Source: Octopus vulgaris (Eukaryota). Taken from it: DNA of 64,000 bases. Position 1 is the first letter of the stretch. The number at the start of each line of letters is the position of its first letter. The notes beneath the pieces were generated by a model. It saw nothing but the letters and a program-made list of their open reading frames with translations, searched no databases and was not told the origin of the DNA. The stretch is from positions 70,370,001 through 70,434,000 of the forward strand of contig OX597819.1 in assembly GCA_951406725.2 (NCBI GenBank), in the 5' to 3' direction. Position numbers and translations under genes: made by a program. This document shows, one piece after another, positions 12,513 to 25,352 of the stretch.

Positions 12513-13360
12513 CAGATAGATAGATAGACAGAAATAGATAGACAGAGACAGATAGATAGACAGTGATAGATAGATAGATAGATAGATAGATGGATGACAG
12601 GACAAACTTCTATCTACAAGGTTAAAAAAAGTGAAAAAGATAGTGTCGTGTAAGAGATAGTGATGGGTGCAAGGAAGAAGGAGCTAGGCAGGGTGTCTAA
12701 ACAGCGATAATGAAGGGAATTAGTTTGGTTAATAAGAGCTAATTGTTATGTGTGTTCTTTTATAAGTCATTAATTGCTCGTCTCGTTGCATCTTGACGCT
12801 GAGCTGTCAGCATGGCGTACTGACCTAGCTTCTAATACAGCTGATAATGTTAATAATGACGTTGGCGCAAGGTCACGTTTCATTTTTTTTTTAATTTTTA
12901 GGGGAGGATGGGATGTAGTTGATTGAACTACAAATCCAATATGATGTTGGTTTTTATTCTTTTAATTTTTTTTTAGGGTCAGTAAAATAAAAGTACCTGT
13001 CAAATGCTGGGTCAATATAATTGGCTAACTGCCCCTTCCTTCCCTTCAAAAAATTTCAAGAATTGTGCCTCTCTTAGAAGCAATTATTATCTGTCCCTGT
13101 CCTCATCTGATACCCATGAGACAAATAAAAAAAAATTGTTATTATTTGGACCAAATGCTAAGCAGCATCTCTTCTGGCTCTTTCAGTTCTGAGTCCAAAT
13201 CCCATTGATAGCAGCTTTGCCTTTCATCTTTTGCGTGTCAGCAGTACCAGTTGAGCACTAAAGTCAATACAATTGATTATCCCCTGTACCACAAAATTGC
13301 TGGCTTTATGCCAAAATTTGAAACCATTATTATTATTGTTTTTGTTGTTGTTATTATTAG

Positions 13361-13571
13361 GCGGCAAGCTGGTAGAATAATTAACACTCCGGGCGAAATG
13401 CTTAGCAATATTTCGTCTGTCTTCATGTTCTGAGTTCAAATGCCACTGGGGTTGACTTTGCCTTTCATCCTTTCGGGGTCGATAAATTAAGTGCCAGTTA
13501 GGCACTGGGGTTGATGTAATCTACTTAATCCTTGCCCCCAAATTTGAGATTTTATGCTTCTAGTAGAAAGA

Positions 13572-13575
<4 letters not shown>
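13361..13575 (+). mobile_element. tRNA-derived SINE (family B, Meta-domain-like)
   Basis: GGCGGCAAGCTGGTAGAA head, GAGTTCAAAT B-box, GACTTTGCCTTTCATCCTTTCGGGGTCGATAAA central domain, (ATT)n tail. Confidence 0.85.
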
Positions 13576-13627
<52 letters not shown>

Positions 13628-14178
13628 GTGAGAGAGCAGTGCATGCCATCAAAGTGACACTAGGGTGAAATATATGAAGCCCAGTAAAACCATCATGACT
13701 ACTTGTCCGATAAGGGTACACCAGGCACATGCATCACAACCATATGTGCATGACATGGTGATCTCATATCAAGAAAAACTGTGCATGACCTAGCAGGTGG
13801 GGCCTAGTTAGAATTTTCTTCAGGTTGACTAGCCCATCTTGCTCAACAGGTCCTCAAATAAGAGTTGTTTAAGGATGTTTGATGAACCACCTATGTTTTC
13901 AAAGGTGAATTATCCAAACCCCAAAGAATTCCTCTCAACACATGGCTATGATGCTCCCCCACTACTTCTGCTCGTGATCAGAGATGCACATATCATCAGC
14001 CACTAAGGGACATACTCAACTGGTTAAGGTCAAACAACTGACAAGCAAATCTGTGGTATTGAGCAGAATATTTGCTGTAGCCCATCTTTTATACCAAGAC
14101 AAAACATGTACATGGTAACACTTCCAATCAGTTAAGATTAGAAACCATGAGAGCCACTGTCTGGTACTGCATCAGGGC

Positions 14179-14180
<2 letters not shown>
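13628..14180. mobile_element. Non-coding interspersed element embedded in (ATT)n
   Basis: ~550 bp of complex sequence with long (ATT)n arrays directly on both sides. No ORF or TIR seen; class uncertain. Confidence 0.5.
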
Positions 14181-14231
<51 letters not shown>

Positions 14232-14232
<1 letters not shown>

Positions 14233-14630
14233 GACACTTTCCTCTTTGGCCAAGCCCTCACCAACTTTTTCAAGTTTTACTTGAAAAGGATGTTGAGGGT
14301 GGAGTGGGAAGTGTTACCTTGTAGCAAGTTTGTTGAAAGGTGGGTGTATATTGGCAGAATGGCCAGTGTGGATGGACCAATTCTGAGTATGCACTTGTAA
14401 GAAAAAAAATGAGAAGGGCTCTTGCCCTGTTGTTCAGGCACCTGTGGATTTTGTGGGTTCTTCCATGAGGTCCTTAAAATGCCTCCCCTATTGGGAGTTT
14501 TAATTTGTTTAATTTTTAGTTGTTATTTATATTGTTTACACATTGTAAAACCTTTTGTATCGCCCCTTTTATGTTGTTTTATGTCTTTTAATGTAATTTT
14601 ATGTGAGCCCTTGTGGCCAATAAAAGAATG
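14232..14630 (+). mobile_element. 5'-truncated Tx1/L1-like LINE 3' end
   Basis: Open frame FGQALTNFFKFYLKRMLRVEWEVLPCSKFVERWVYIGRMASVDGPILSMHL* (stop at 14398-14400) resembles Tx1 ORF2 C-termini. T-rich 3' UTR with AATAAA at 14619; ATT repeats on both sides. Confidence 0.6.
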
Positions 14631-15401
14631 AATTATTATTATTATCATTTGATGGCGGATTGACAGAATTCGTTAGAGTGTCAGCAAAACACTTTGCAAT
14701 ATTTGATTGGATTTTTTATGTTCTGAGTTCAAATTCTACTGGGGTCAACTTTGCCTTTCATCCCCATAGGACCAATCAAAACGATTGACTTGCCAATTTT
14801 GCAAGGCTTTTAAAAGTAAGAAAAAGGACCTAAATATCAAGGCTCAGTCAGGTCTGATTCGGGGCCTAAATAATGTCATCATGCACAATTTCAATCCAAA
14901 CAACAATTGCATTGACAATCACAGTCTGTGTCGGCCTGCAAAAGCTATAGCCATTGCTTGTTTTCCATCATATGAAAATGAAATAGGAAATAAATAAAAA
15001 GTGAAATATACTCACATGTAAGAGTATAGGAGAGTGATAGATGGTTAGAGATGGGAAATGGATTAGGGGTGAAAATAAATGAAGAACAGGTTTGAAGGTT
15101 GATAAGTAGGGAAGAGTAAGGGTTGAGGGATGGTTGGAGTGGGTAGGAGGTGGTGGGGATAAGGTGTGGAGATAGAGATGAGTTTGTGGGTGAGAATAGG
15201 AAATGACTGACTGCAAACAAAAGGAGGTATGAAGATCAGCAGAATAGTAACAATGGCACAGTAGATAAGGGAAGGACCAGAGAGAGAGAGAGAGATGGCT
15301 TGTAGTTGATATTGATTATGATTAATATAAAAAGTAGGTGGGAAGGAAAGTATCAAGACTGAAGGATAGGTACCAAGTGAAATGGGTCTGGGCAGTAAGA
15401 A

Positions 15402-15486
<85 letters not shown>

Positions 15487-15509
15487 TGTGTGTGTGTGTG
15501 TGTGTGTAT

Positions 15510-15569
<60 letters not shown>

Positions 15570-15573
<4 letters not shown>

Positions 15574-15963
15574 TTTTATTCTTTACTTGTTTCAGTCATT
15601 TGACTGCGGCCATGCTGGAGCATCGCCTTTAGTCGAGCAAATCAACCCCAGGATTTCTTCTTTGTAAGCCTTGTACTTATTCTATCGGTCTCTTTTGCCG
15701 AACCACTAAGGTACGGGGACATGAACACACCAGCATTGGTTGTCAAGCGATGTTGGTGAGACAAACACACACACATACACACACACACACACACATATTC
15801 GATGGGCTTCTTTCAGTTTCCATCTATCAAATCCACTCACAAGGCTTTGGTCGGCCTGAAGCTGTAGCAGAAGACACTTATCCAAGGTGTCACGCAGTGG
15901 GACTGAACCCAGAACCATGTGATTGGTAAGCAAGCTACTTACCACACAGCTACTCCTGCACCT
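15570..15963 (-). mobile_element. tRNA-derived SINE (family A), near full length
   Basis: Close reverse complement of 30271-30668. Confidence 0.9.
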
Positions 15964-16034
15964 TTGAATGTTATTTTATAGGCCCCAGTAGAATTTGAAC
16001 TCAGAATGTAAAGAGCTAGAATGGATACTGCAAA

Positions 16035-16935
16035 TAATAATAATCCTTTCTGCTATATGCACAAGGCCTGAAATTTTGTGGGCTGATTACATCGACCCCA
16101 GTGCATGAGTGGTACTTACTTCATTGATCCCTGAAAGGGGAAGAATGGCAAAGTCAACCTTAGTGGAATTTGAATTCAAAATGTAAAGATGGGAAAAGTG
16201 CTGCCAAAAAGGCTGTTCTAACGATATTAAAACTAATAATCCTTTCTATTATGGGCACAAGGCCTGAAATTTTTTTTGGGGGGCGGGAGGTGACTAGTCG
16301 ATTACATCGACCCCAGTGTTTCACTGGTACTTGATTTATTGACCCCCCCTCTAAAGGATGAAAGTTGAAGTTGACCCCCGGTGGAATTTGAACTCAAAAA
16401 CATAGTGGCAGACGAAATACTGCTAAACAGTTCACCTGCCATGCTAACAATTCTGCCAGCTCACCATCTTTAAATATTAAAACTAATAATAATAACAATA
16501 ACATTGGGTATTGATTTAGACATGAAGCCAACAATTTTGAGAGGAGGGGGTTAATTGATGCCACTGACTGCAGTACATGACTGGTACTTTATCTTATTGA
16601 CTCCCCGCCGCATAACTCCCACACGAATGAAAAGCAAAGTTGACCTCAGCAGGATTTGAACTTAGAACATATATTTAGAAAAATGTATCTTACACCGTAT
16701 TGTCCATTTTGCTAAAGATTGTGCCCATAATAATGCTTTCTAATTTTGGCTCAGTACCTAAAACTTCAGAAGGGAGGGGTAAGTCAATTACATCGACTGC
16801 AGTGCTCAACTGGTACTTATTTTATTGTCCTTGGAAGAATGAAAGTCAATGTTGGCCTTGGTGGAATTTGAACTTAAAACATAAAAAGCCAGAAGAAATA
16901 CTGTCAATCACTTTGCCTGATGTGGTAATGATTTT
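16035..16935 (-). mobile_element. Cluster of about four family B SINE copies in the same orientation
   Basis: Repeated GATTACATCGACCCCAGTG...GGTACTT...GAAAG.CAAAGT..ACC....GAATTTGAAC blocks at ~16080, 16300, 16550, 16780. Confidence 0.75.
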
Positions 16936-17009
16936 GTCAGTAAAGGTGCACAGATACAATCAACAATGAAAATGTACAGAAAATAGACTCCATCAAATGC
17001 TAAGAGTCA

Positions 17010-17397
17010 AAACTAGTAGTTGGTAGCTTCCGTTACCTTGGTGACCAAGTAAGTAGCTGTAGGTGGATGCTCTGAGAGTATAGCTGCTAGAATAAGAATT
17101 GGCTGGGCAAAGTTCAGAGAGCTCCTACTTCTGCTGGTAACAAAGGGCTTCTCTCTCAGAGTGAAAGGCAGTGAAACATGGGCTGTGACTGCCAAGGACA
17201 AGTGTAAGCTTGTAAGAAATGAAGCCAGTATGCTTCGCTGGATGTGTAATGTCAGTGTGCATGCATGACAGAGTGTAAGCATTTTGTGAGAAAAGTTGGG
17301 CATAAGAGGCATCAGATGTAGTGTGCAAGAGAGACGACTGCACGGGTAAGGCAAATGGATGAAGACAGCTGTGTGAAGAAGTGCCACACTCTAACAG
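17010..17397 (+). mobile_element. RTE LINE ORF fragment, degenerate
   Basis: Aligns by eye to 63650-64000 (SFRYLGDQV...ARIRIGWAKFRELL..LVTKGFSLRVKG...SETWAVT...RNEASMLRWMCNVS) with an internal deletion. Confidence 0.9.
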
Positions 17398-18356
17398 ATA
17401 TATTTTGATATACAAGCTTCAGATATATTTTGATATACAAGCTTCTTTCTGTTTCCATTTACCAAATCCACTCACAAGGCTCTGGTCAGCCCGAGGCTAT
17501 TTTAGAAGACACTTGCCCAAGGTGCCATACAGTGGGACTGAACTGAGAACCCTGTGGTTGGGAAGACAAAGAAAAGTTTGTGGTATTCTGTTTACCTCCA
17601 AAAAGAAAGAAAATAAAATTATACATCCTGTTTACATTTTGTGTGGTTAGTCTTGATTCATCATTATCATCATCATCATCATCATCATAGTTCCTTATTG
17701 CTGTTGAAGGACAATGAATTCAGTGTTGACTAAGAAATTGCAGGTGTGGTCCCTTTGTAGGATATTAAAGGATGGTCTTCTTGGTTTGATTTGTAGCATA
17801 ATAATAATATGACACATGTGATAAGAAGTCAGAAAACACATTTTTTATTCATGAGCTACAAGTGTTCATAGAAATCTTCAAAAGATTAGTAACTCTTCTC
17901 CTAAAGTTGACCAAGTTGTTGTTAATTAACCTTAGGTCATTATCGATGAAGTGAAAACACATGGGCTTGTGGTTAGGGTGTCGTACTTATGATTGCAGGA
18001 TCGGGATTTCAATTCCCAGACTAGGAGGTATTTTGTGTTCTTGGACAAAACATTTCATTTCACATCGTTCCAATTCACTCATCTGGAAATGAGTAACCCT
18101 GCAACATATTGGCATCCTGTTCAGTGGGGATGTTGTGATTTCAGTCATTTGTATGGCATGGCAACCAGTCCCATGAGCCCTGGGACTCAAAACAGTTATG
18201 TCCAAGGATTAATAATGATGAAGAGGTTACTTTCTGTAGAGGGATTACATGGCTTTGCCAACCAGTGTACAGACTTGTACATTTATTTAATGATTCATCA
18301 CTACTTCAAGATGTACAGTGAGGTCTATACTTTTCTGATGAGATCATAAGATCGAG

Positions 18357-18680
18357 GCATGAAGGCACATAGCTTAGTGGTTAGGGTATTTGATCCATGA
18401 TTGTAAGGTTATGAGTTTGATTCCCAGCAGAGCATTGTGTCCTTGAGCAAGACACTTTATTTCACGTTGCTCCAGTCCATTCAGCTGGTCACAATGAGTT
18501 GTACCTGTAATCCAAAGGGCCAGCCATGTCACATTCTGTGTCATGCTGAATCTCCCTGGGAACTACATTAAGAGTATGTGTGTCTGTGAATTACTCAGCC
18601 ACTTGCACATTAATTTCATGAGCAGGCTGTTCCGTTGATCAGATCAACTGGAACCCTTGTCATAACCAACAGAGTGCCAG
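18357..18680 (+). mobile_element. tRNA-derived CORE-type SINE (family C)
   Basis: TAGCTTAGTGGTTAGGG A-box, GAGTTTGATTCCC B-box, TTGTGTCCTTGAGCAAGACACTT core. Confidence 0.85.
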
Positions 18681-19551
18681 GTTTTGAAGGACCAAAACCT
18701 GTTCAGAATTTTCCCCTATCTTTACCAAAATAATGATAAAAAATATGTATTGACTAACATTGTTATTTCTTTTTCCTCAACACAATTATTTCTAGTTGTC
18801 TCTAATGCTCTTCACACTAAATGCATTAAGCGTTAATGTAACTATTGTACAGAAGTTAACTCGAGTTATTTGAAATTTCTTTTCATCCAAAGTCATCTAC
18901 AAGATTACTCTCCACCTAAAAACATTTAACTGAAAGACATAATTATATACATATACATATATGTATATATATTTTAAAAATCTAAATTGGTTCTTCTTTT
19001 ACATTTAACATCGCCTTCTACTAGTCTCAAGAGATTAAAAGCAACAGCTTATCTCTCTCTTATCTATCTTTTCATTTCCGTTTGTGTAATTTTAAAAGAT
19101 ATCTCTACAATGTACAACCATTCATGTTTTGATTTTATTTTTGTTTTTTTTTCGTTTTGTTTACCATTTATATATTTACTAATTTATTCTTGGTAAAATC
19201 TTGTAACTGTGTTGTTTTTCTTTCATTGTATTATTATGTAAATCGCTGCTGTCTTCTTCATATGAATTCTTTCACCGCCCATGGTGGTATTTAGTTGGGG
19301 TGCTGCTGCTGTTTAACGTTAGTGTCTGTGGCATTAAATCAAAGAGAGAAATCTCCCATTACAAGTATTTCCTCACTGAATCTTTTGCAGCTAGAAGGAA
19401 ATATGCAGAGCGGTAGGGCTATTTCAAAGCAATCGGTGGCAACCAATGTGTGATCCCATCAAGGTGGGACGCTGAGGGCTTGCTGACCAGTTCCTCAGCA
19501 GGGCTTATAACATGCTGGACATCACTGGGGCTAGCCAGTAGTGACACTTAT

Positions 19552-19745
19552 CAATGGCATACGGTGGCTGTTGTACTGGGTATGCTGCCCCACCCAATGC
19601 CACCAATTTCAAGCAAGGGTATAACAAAAGTTTTCCATTAAGATTTGTGGTTTAATTTAACGAGTAAGGTTAATATTAATAATGAATTTGCCATTTTTGA
19701 TGGGTGTGCAGCCCACACCTAGCACCCCTGGAATATATATCCCTG
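19552..19745. mobile_element. hAT-type MITE, old
   Basis: Perfect 8-bp direct repeat ACACTTAT on both sides (19544-19551, 19746-19753); CA...TG termini with degenerate TIRs. Confidence 0.55.
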
Positions 19746-20137
19746 ACACTTATCCCAAATTTTTCCTCTTTTCTCTGACAACCAACTATTACCTTCTATT
19801 ATGTATTTTTTACTTGTTGCAGTCATCAGACTGTGGCCATGCTGGGGCACCACTTCGAAGAACTGTTAGTTGAATGAATCAACCCCAGTACTTTTTTTTT
19901 AAAGCCTGGTACTTATTCTACTGTTCTTTTTTGCCAAATCCTAAGTTACAGGGAGGTAAATACACCAATACTTGTTGTCGAGCAGTGGGGGTGGGGGGTG
20001 ACAATGTTTATTTAATTTAGTGATTTTTAGAATAATATTTATTATAATATATTAAAATTTTTTCTATATGATTTATTATAGATAATATATTTCACTATCA
20101 ATTGAATTACTTAATAGAGGTTATTTCTCTTAATTAT

Positions 20138-20189
<52 letters not shown>

Positions 20190-21518
20190 GTGAATATATA
20201 TGATGGGCTTCTTGCAGTTTCCATCTACCAGATCCATTCACATGTCTCTGGTCAGTCCAAGGTTATAGATGAAGACACTTGCCCAAGGTGACATGCAGTG
20301 GGACTGAACCTGAAACCATGTGGTCAGGAAGCAAAATTCTTACCACACAGCCACATTATTGTTCATGTTTTATAAGATAAGGTGGGATATTGTCCTTGTC
20401 TACTGCAGTATGTCTCGTCCAATGAGTGACCTTCAAAACTAGGTTCAGAAGAAAGTAATTTGAATGAGAAACAAGTCTGGATTCACCGGTAATTTCCACA
20501 CTTTTATTCTCCATTGCACTGTTTCTTTACTCAACATATTTTCACCATTAGTGTCACACACTCTACATTTGATGTGTGTGTATGTGCACGCACATGTAGG
20601 TTTTTCCTTCTCTTTAAACAACCAGTTGCACAGTCTAGTGAGAAAGTTGTTTAGTTGTTCTAAGTTTACTCAAGTAGATCTGCTCATGGCTATCAACGAC
20701 AGCTACAAGTGACAATGCAAAGCAATGTCTATGTAATTACATGACATGCTAGAAATAGCAGCCAAATTTCCTTCAATCAGCTCTGAGAAAAAAAAAAACG
20801 TCAGTTAAAGCCGGAGCACCTTTGATCATTGATCATCACAATGATGGGTGATCTGTGGCTAAATGACATCATCAAATGACAGCTGTCACTCACTAATTAA
20901 GCCCATCTCACTTGCATTCACTGTTTTTATCACCTGAATATAAAAGGCTTACAGAAATAGAGTAGAGAAGGTGGGAATATATGTCTCATCTGTCACACAC
21001 AATATGATTAACCACTGCATGACCAGGTGTGCAATTTGACAGATGCATGACCTGTTTGTAACAATAGGTAGCAGCAGATCACGCCTAGTTATTTGGTTGA
21101 TTAACTTCAAGACAGTAATTTGCTTAATGAAAGCTGACTAGGATATACATAATAACAACATGTCATTGTAGTGCATTTCTTCCTGAAATGACTAAACAGT
21201 GCGTGCATAATATTTCATCCAAGCTATGGACTATGAGGGTGCCTGGCTTAGAGATTAGAGGGTTGCACACATGATCACAAGGTCGTGGTTTTGTTTCCTG
21301 AACTGGGTGGTGCAGTAGGTTCTTCAGCAAGACACTTCATTTCACATTGCTCCAGTTGACTCCATTGTAAATGACTAACCCTATGGTGTTCTGGCATCCT
21401 GTTCAGCAGTTATGTTGTGATCTCAGTTACTAATTCACTATGGAAACTGAAAAATTGGCTCTGTGTGTCCTATAACTCAAGTCAGTACTTACTTTCATAC
21501 TATGTCAGACACACATAC

Positions 21519-21566
<48 letters not shown>

Positions 21567-21795
21567 TCATCATCATCATCGTTTAACATCCATCTTCCAT
21601 GCATGCATGGGTAGGACGGTTGACAGGAGCTGGTCAGGTAGAAAATCTACCCAAGGGCTACTGTGTCTGTTTTGGCAGGGATTTTATGGCTGGATGCCCT
21701 TCCAGACACCGACCATGTTACAGTGTGGACTGGATACTTTTAACATGGCACCAGCACTCGCAGGATAACCAAGTAACACACAAGGCAAGGAATTA

Positions 21796-23052
21796 CGAGG
21801 GGCGTTCAATAAGTAATGCCTCTGACCCACTTCCCATAGCAGTAGAACAACGACACTTGGCACAGTTATTAGTCTTTTCCTACATAGGAACTACCCAGAG
21901 TTATGCATTTCTCCCATCGTTTGATACAGCTCTAGAGACCGTTTTTGTAGAAGACCCCAGCTTGGTCCTCCAACCACGACGTGACTTCAGAAATCAAGAC
22001 TGCATCATCTGGGAAATGCTTTCCTTTCAAAATCAACTTCATGGCTGGGAAGAGGTGAAAATCAGAGGGTGCAAGGGGAGGAGTTCATAGCTGCACGCCT
22101 GTGCTTCTGATCTGACGACACGTGAGTTGTGGACCGGAGCGTTGTCCTGCAGGAGGAGGATGCCTTTGCTGATCTTGCCCCGCCTCTTGATTTTGATAGC
22201 TTCTCTTAATTTCCTCAAAAGTGAAGCATAATAGGCTCCTGTAATTGTGGTACCCTTTGCCAGGAAATCTGTCATCACTACTCCGTCCTGGTCCCAGAAG
22301 ACTGTGAGCATAACCTTGTCAGCGGAGGGCTGCACCCTTGCCTTCTTTGGAGGAGGTGAGTCACGGTGCTTTCACTGCATTGACTGGGCTTTGGTCTATG
22401 GATCATAGTGATGGACCCAGGTTTTATCCTGTGTGATCAGTCTTTTGAAAAATTTTGACTCATCTTCTTGGCACATCTCCAAATTCATCCTTGAGCACTC
22501 AATGCGTTCTTGCTTCTGGAAAGGTGTGAGCAACCTGGAAATCCATCTGGCAGACACCTTTTGCATATGCAAATGGTCATGAATGATAGTTTCCACAGAC
22601 CCGGTACTAATCTTGACCTTATGGGCTATTTGGCGAATAGTTATGCGTTGACCTTCCAAAATGGCAGCTTCAACTTGACGGACAGATGTCTCATCAACGG
22701 CAGAAGGGGGCGACCAGATCTGGGAGCTGTTTCCACAGAGTTCCAACTATGTTTGAATTCACAATGCCAGCGTTTTACAAGGTCATATGATGGGGCATCA
22801 TCACCATAAGTTACTTTCATTTCATCAAAAGTCTCCCGTGGTGTGCGGCCTTTCAAATACAAAAACCGGATCACTGCTCGACACTCAACAGGCTCCATTT
22901 CACACTTGACTCAGTTCAAACACATGTAAATCAGAAACCACAATTAGTTCAGAGCTGTAATTCACCACTTAATCTATAGAGGTATAAATAAGTGCACATG
23001 CAGATCAAACAACTGCAAGTGGGTCAAGGCATTACTTATTGAACGCCCCTCG
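21796..23052 (-). mobile_element. Full-length mariner DNA transposon
   Basis: TA on both sides; TIRs CGAGGGGCGTTCAATAAGTAATGCCT / AGGCATTACTTATTGAACGCCCCTCG; 1257 bp; inserted into an RTE-tail-like repeat. Confidence 0.95.
21869..22898 (-). pseudogene. Mariner transposase pseudogene
   Basis: MEPVECRAVIRFL..., ARWISRLL (WVPxxL), ITQDKTWVHHYDP, KVMLTVFWD, LLQDNAPVH, C-terminal RWEKCI..SYVGKD*. Split over three frames; YSPDL motif lost. Confidence 0.92.
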
Positions 23053-23186
23053 TATGAGAGGGCCAGGACATTTGTGTCAGAGGATAAAAGGTTAGAGTGT
23101 GACAAAGAGACATAGATACAGAAGCAGGTGTCTTGCCACAACAGAAGGGGCATTCGAGGAGGTGATCAGTATCAAATGATGAAAGG

Positions 23187-23224
<38 letters not shown>

Positions 23225-23241
23225 GTGTGTGTGTGTATATT

Positions 23242-23778
23242 GGCTGCCCCCTCGTTATCGAGTATGGCCATTGAATGAAGCTTAATCAATGTTATCGTGC
23301 AATGCCTGTGCAAGAAGATTTTTTTTTAAGTGAGGAAAGGCTGTGCACTGAGTCAATCCCACTCACTATTCAATAGCAGCCATAATCCGAAAAGAAGAAC
23401 AAGTCAACATCATCGGTAACCACTGAGCCGCAGGTTTTATGTCGGAGTTATCCCAGTTACCTGAGTTACCTTCTCCTAGAAGGATGCCCTAACAAAGGCT
23501 AGGTGTCCTTCACTCCCAATGGTTTAACCGCGCGATCGGGTATTCATTCTGATTATTTATGTCCCCGCGCATGATACAGCCTTAAGACATTTATTGGATG
23601 GCCGTTGACTCTCAAGAGTTCCTCCGCCCTTTGACGGGTTTTGTTTTTCATCCTGCAGGGTGTCCAATAAACACCCTCCTCACCAAGCAAAGCTTGGTGC
23701 TGTTGCCGACGACCTGACCATGCAACTGGTTGTACTGGGTTACATGTTACCAGTAGCACTCGAAAGTGACCTGGCACT
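23242..23778 (-). mobile_element. Non-autonomous RTE-derived element (structured 5' UTR-like part plus short 3' end)
   Basis: Minus strand has GTGCTACTGGTAACATGTAACC...GGCAAC.GCACCAAGC..GCTTGGTGAGGAGGG and CTAGGAGAAGGTAACTC motifs resembling RTE 5' UTRs. CpG-rich and bounded by TA/TG microsatellites. Confidence 0.55.
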
Positions 23779-23837
<59 letters not shown>

Positions 23838-23934
23838 CCAGTTCTTCAATCTACCAATTGCAATGAGACTAAATTTCACTATGCTCAACTGAGAGTAACT
23901 TCACAAATTATTTGTAATGTCCCATCCCTCTTTT

Positions 23935-24300
23935 GGCTGTGTGGTAACAAGTTTGCTTCCCAACAACATGGTTCCGAGTTCAGTCCCACTTTGTGGTACC
24001 TTGGGCAAGTGTCTTCTACTATTTCTTTGGGCTGACCAAAATCTTGTGAGTAGATTTGGTAGATGTAAACTGAAAGAAGCCCATTGTGCGTGTGTGTGTG
24101 CATGTATCTTTGTGTTTGCCCCCACCTCCACCACCACCATTTGACAACTTAGCAGTTCAGCCAAAGGGACCATAAAATAAGCACCTGGCTTAAATAAAAA
24201 TATAGTAAGTACCAGGAAGGTGATTTGTTCAATTAAAATTCTTTGAGGTGGTGCCCCAGCATGGCCGCAGTCTAATAACTGAAATGAGTAAAAGTACAAA
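23935..24300 (+). mobile_element. tRNA-derived SINE (family A)
   Basis: Same head, core and tail as 30271-30668. Confidence 0.8.
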
Positions 24301-24943
24301 AAGTAAAAATTAAAAAAATAAGAAGAAAAAAAAGAAAAACTTGATCAGTGTTGGTTTCATTTGAGGTTTGTTGTTAGTTTGATTCAGCATCACTTTTAAG
24401 ATCCTATATTAATACTATTGGCCTCATTTGGCTAGTATTTCTAGCATGTAAGGAACCATGTAGATGTCTTGCACAGAACCAAGAAGTTTCAGACAAGATG
24501 ATATATGATATTTGTTTTTTTTTTTTTTTTTCAAATATTTTTTCAAATATTTTTTTTCAAATATTTTTTTAAAATTAAAATATTTTTTTTCAAATATTAC
24601 AGTTGAAATTTTAAAATTGAGAAAATACCTCTTTTGATAAATTTAAATTGAAGAATAAGTCTGAATACAAAATAATTCAAATTTGAATTAATTTAAATAA
24701 AGTTTCAATTATTTTTGTTACATCTTTATCGTTTACTTGTTTCAGTCATTTGACTGCAACCATGCTGGGGCACTGACTTGATGGGTTTAGCTGAACAAAT
24801 TGACCCTTGTTCTTAATTCTTTTTTTTTGCTAAGCCTGGTTCTTATTCTATCAGCTCCTTTTTGCCAAACCTATAAATTACAGGGACATAAACACACCAA
24901 AATTGGTTAAGTGGTGATGAGGGACAAACACAAAGGCACACCC

Positions 24944-24997
<54 letters not shown>

Positions 24998-25000
24998 ACA

Positions 25001-25321
25001 CGTGAAGGCATGTGGTTTAGTGGTTAGGGCATTCGGCTCACAATCGTAAGGTAGTGAGTTCAATTCCTGGTGACGCGTTGTGTCCTTGAGAAAGACACTT
25101 TATTTCATGTTGCTCCAGTCCACTCAGCTGGCAAAAACGAGTTGTACCTGTATTTCAAAGGGCCAGCCTTTTCACACTCTGTGTCAAACTGAATCTCCCT
25201 GAGAACTACATTAAGGATACATGTGTTTGTGGCGTGCTCAGCCACTTGCATGTTAATTTCACAAGCAGGCTGTCCTGTTGATTGTATCAGTTGAGATCCT
25301 TGTTGTAACTGATGGAGTGCT

Positions 25322-25324
<3 letters not shown>
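25001..25324 (+). mobile_element. CORE-type SINE (family C) nested in a minus-strand family A SINE (~24725-25510)
   Basis: Family C copy sits in the internal (CA)n of a family A copy whose tail (24725-24960) and head (25350-25510) flank it. Confidence 0.85.

Positions 25325-25352
<28 letters not shown>

Noticed and set aside
18335-18356. CTGATGA-GATC-ATAA-GATC-GA half hammerhead
   Set aside because: Cut off by a SINE; GAAA, helix III and helix I partner not found after the insertion.
19391-19412. 22-nt micro-exon candidate (TTTGCAG|...|GTAGGG)
   Set aside because: Too short and weak to distinguish from chance.
24530-24600. Short TCAAATATTTTTT tandem repeats
   Set aside because: Low-complexity slippage in a T tract.
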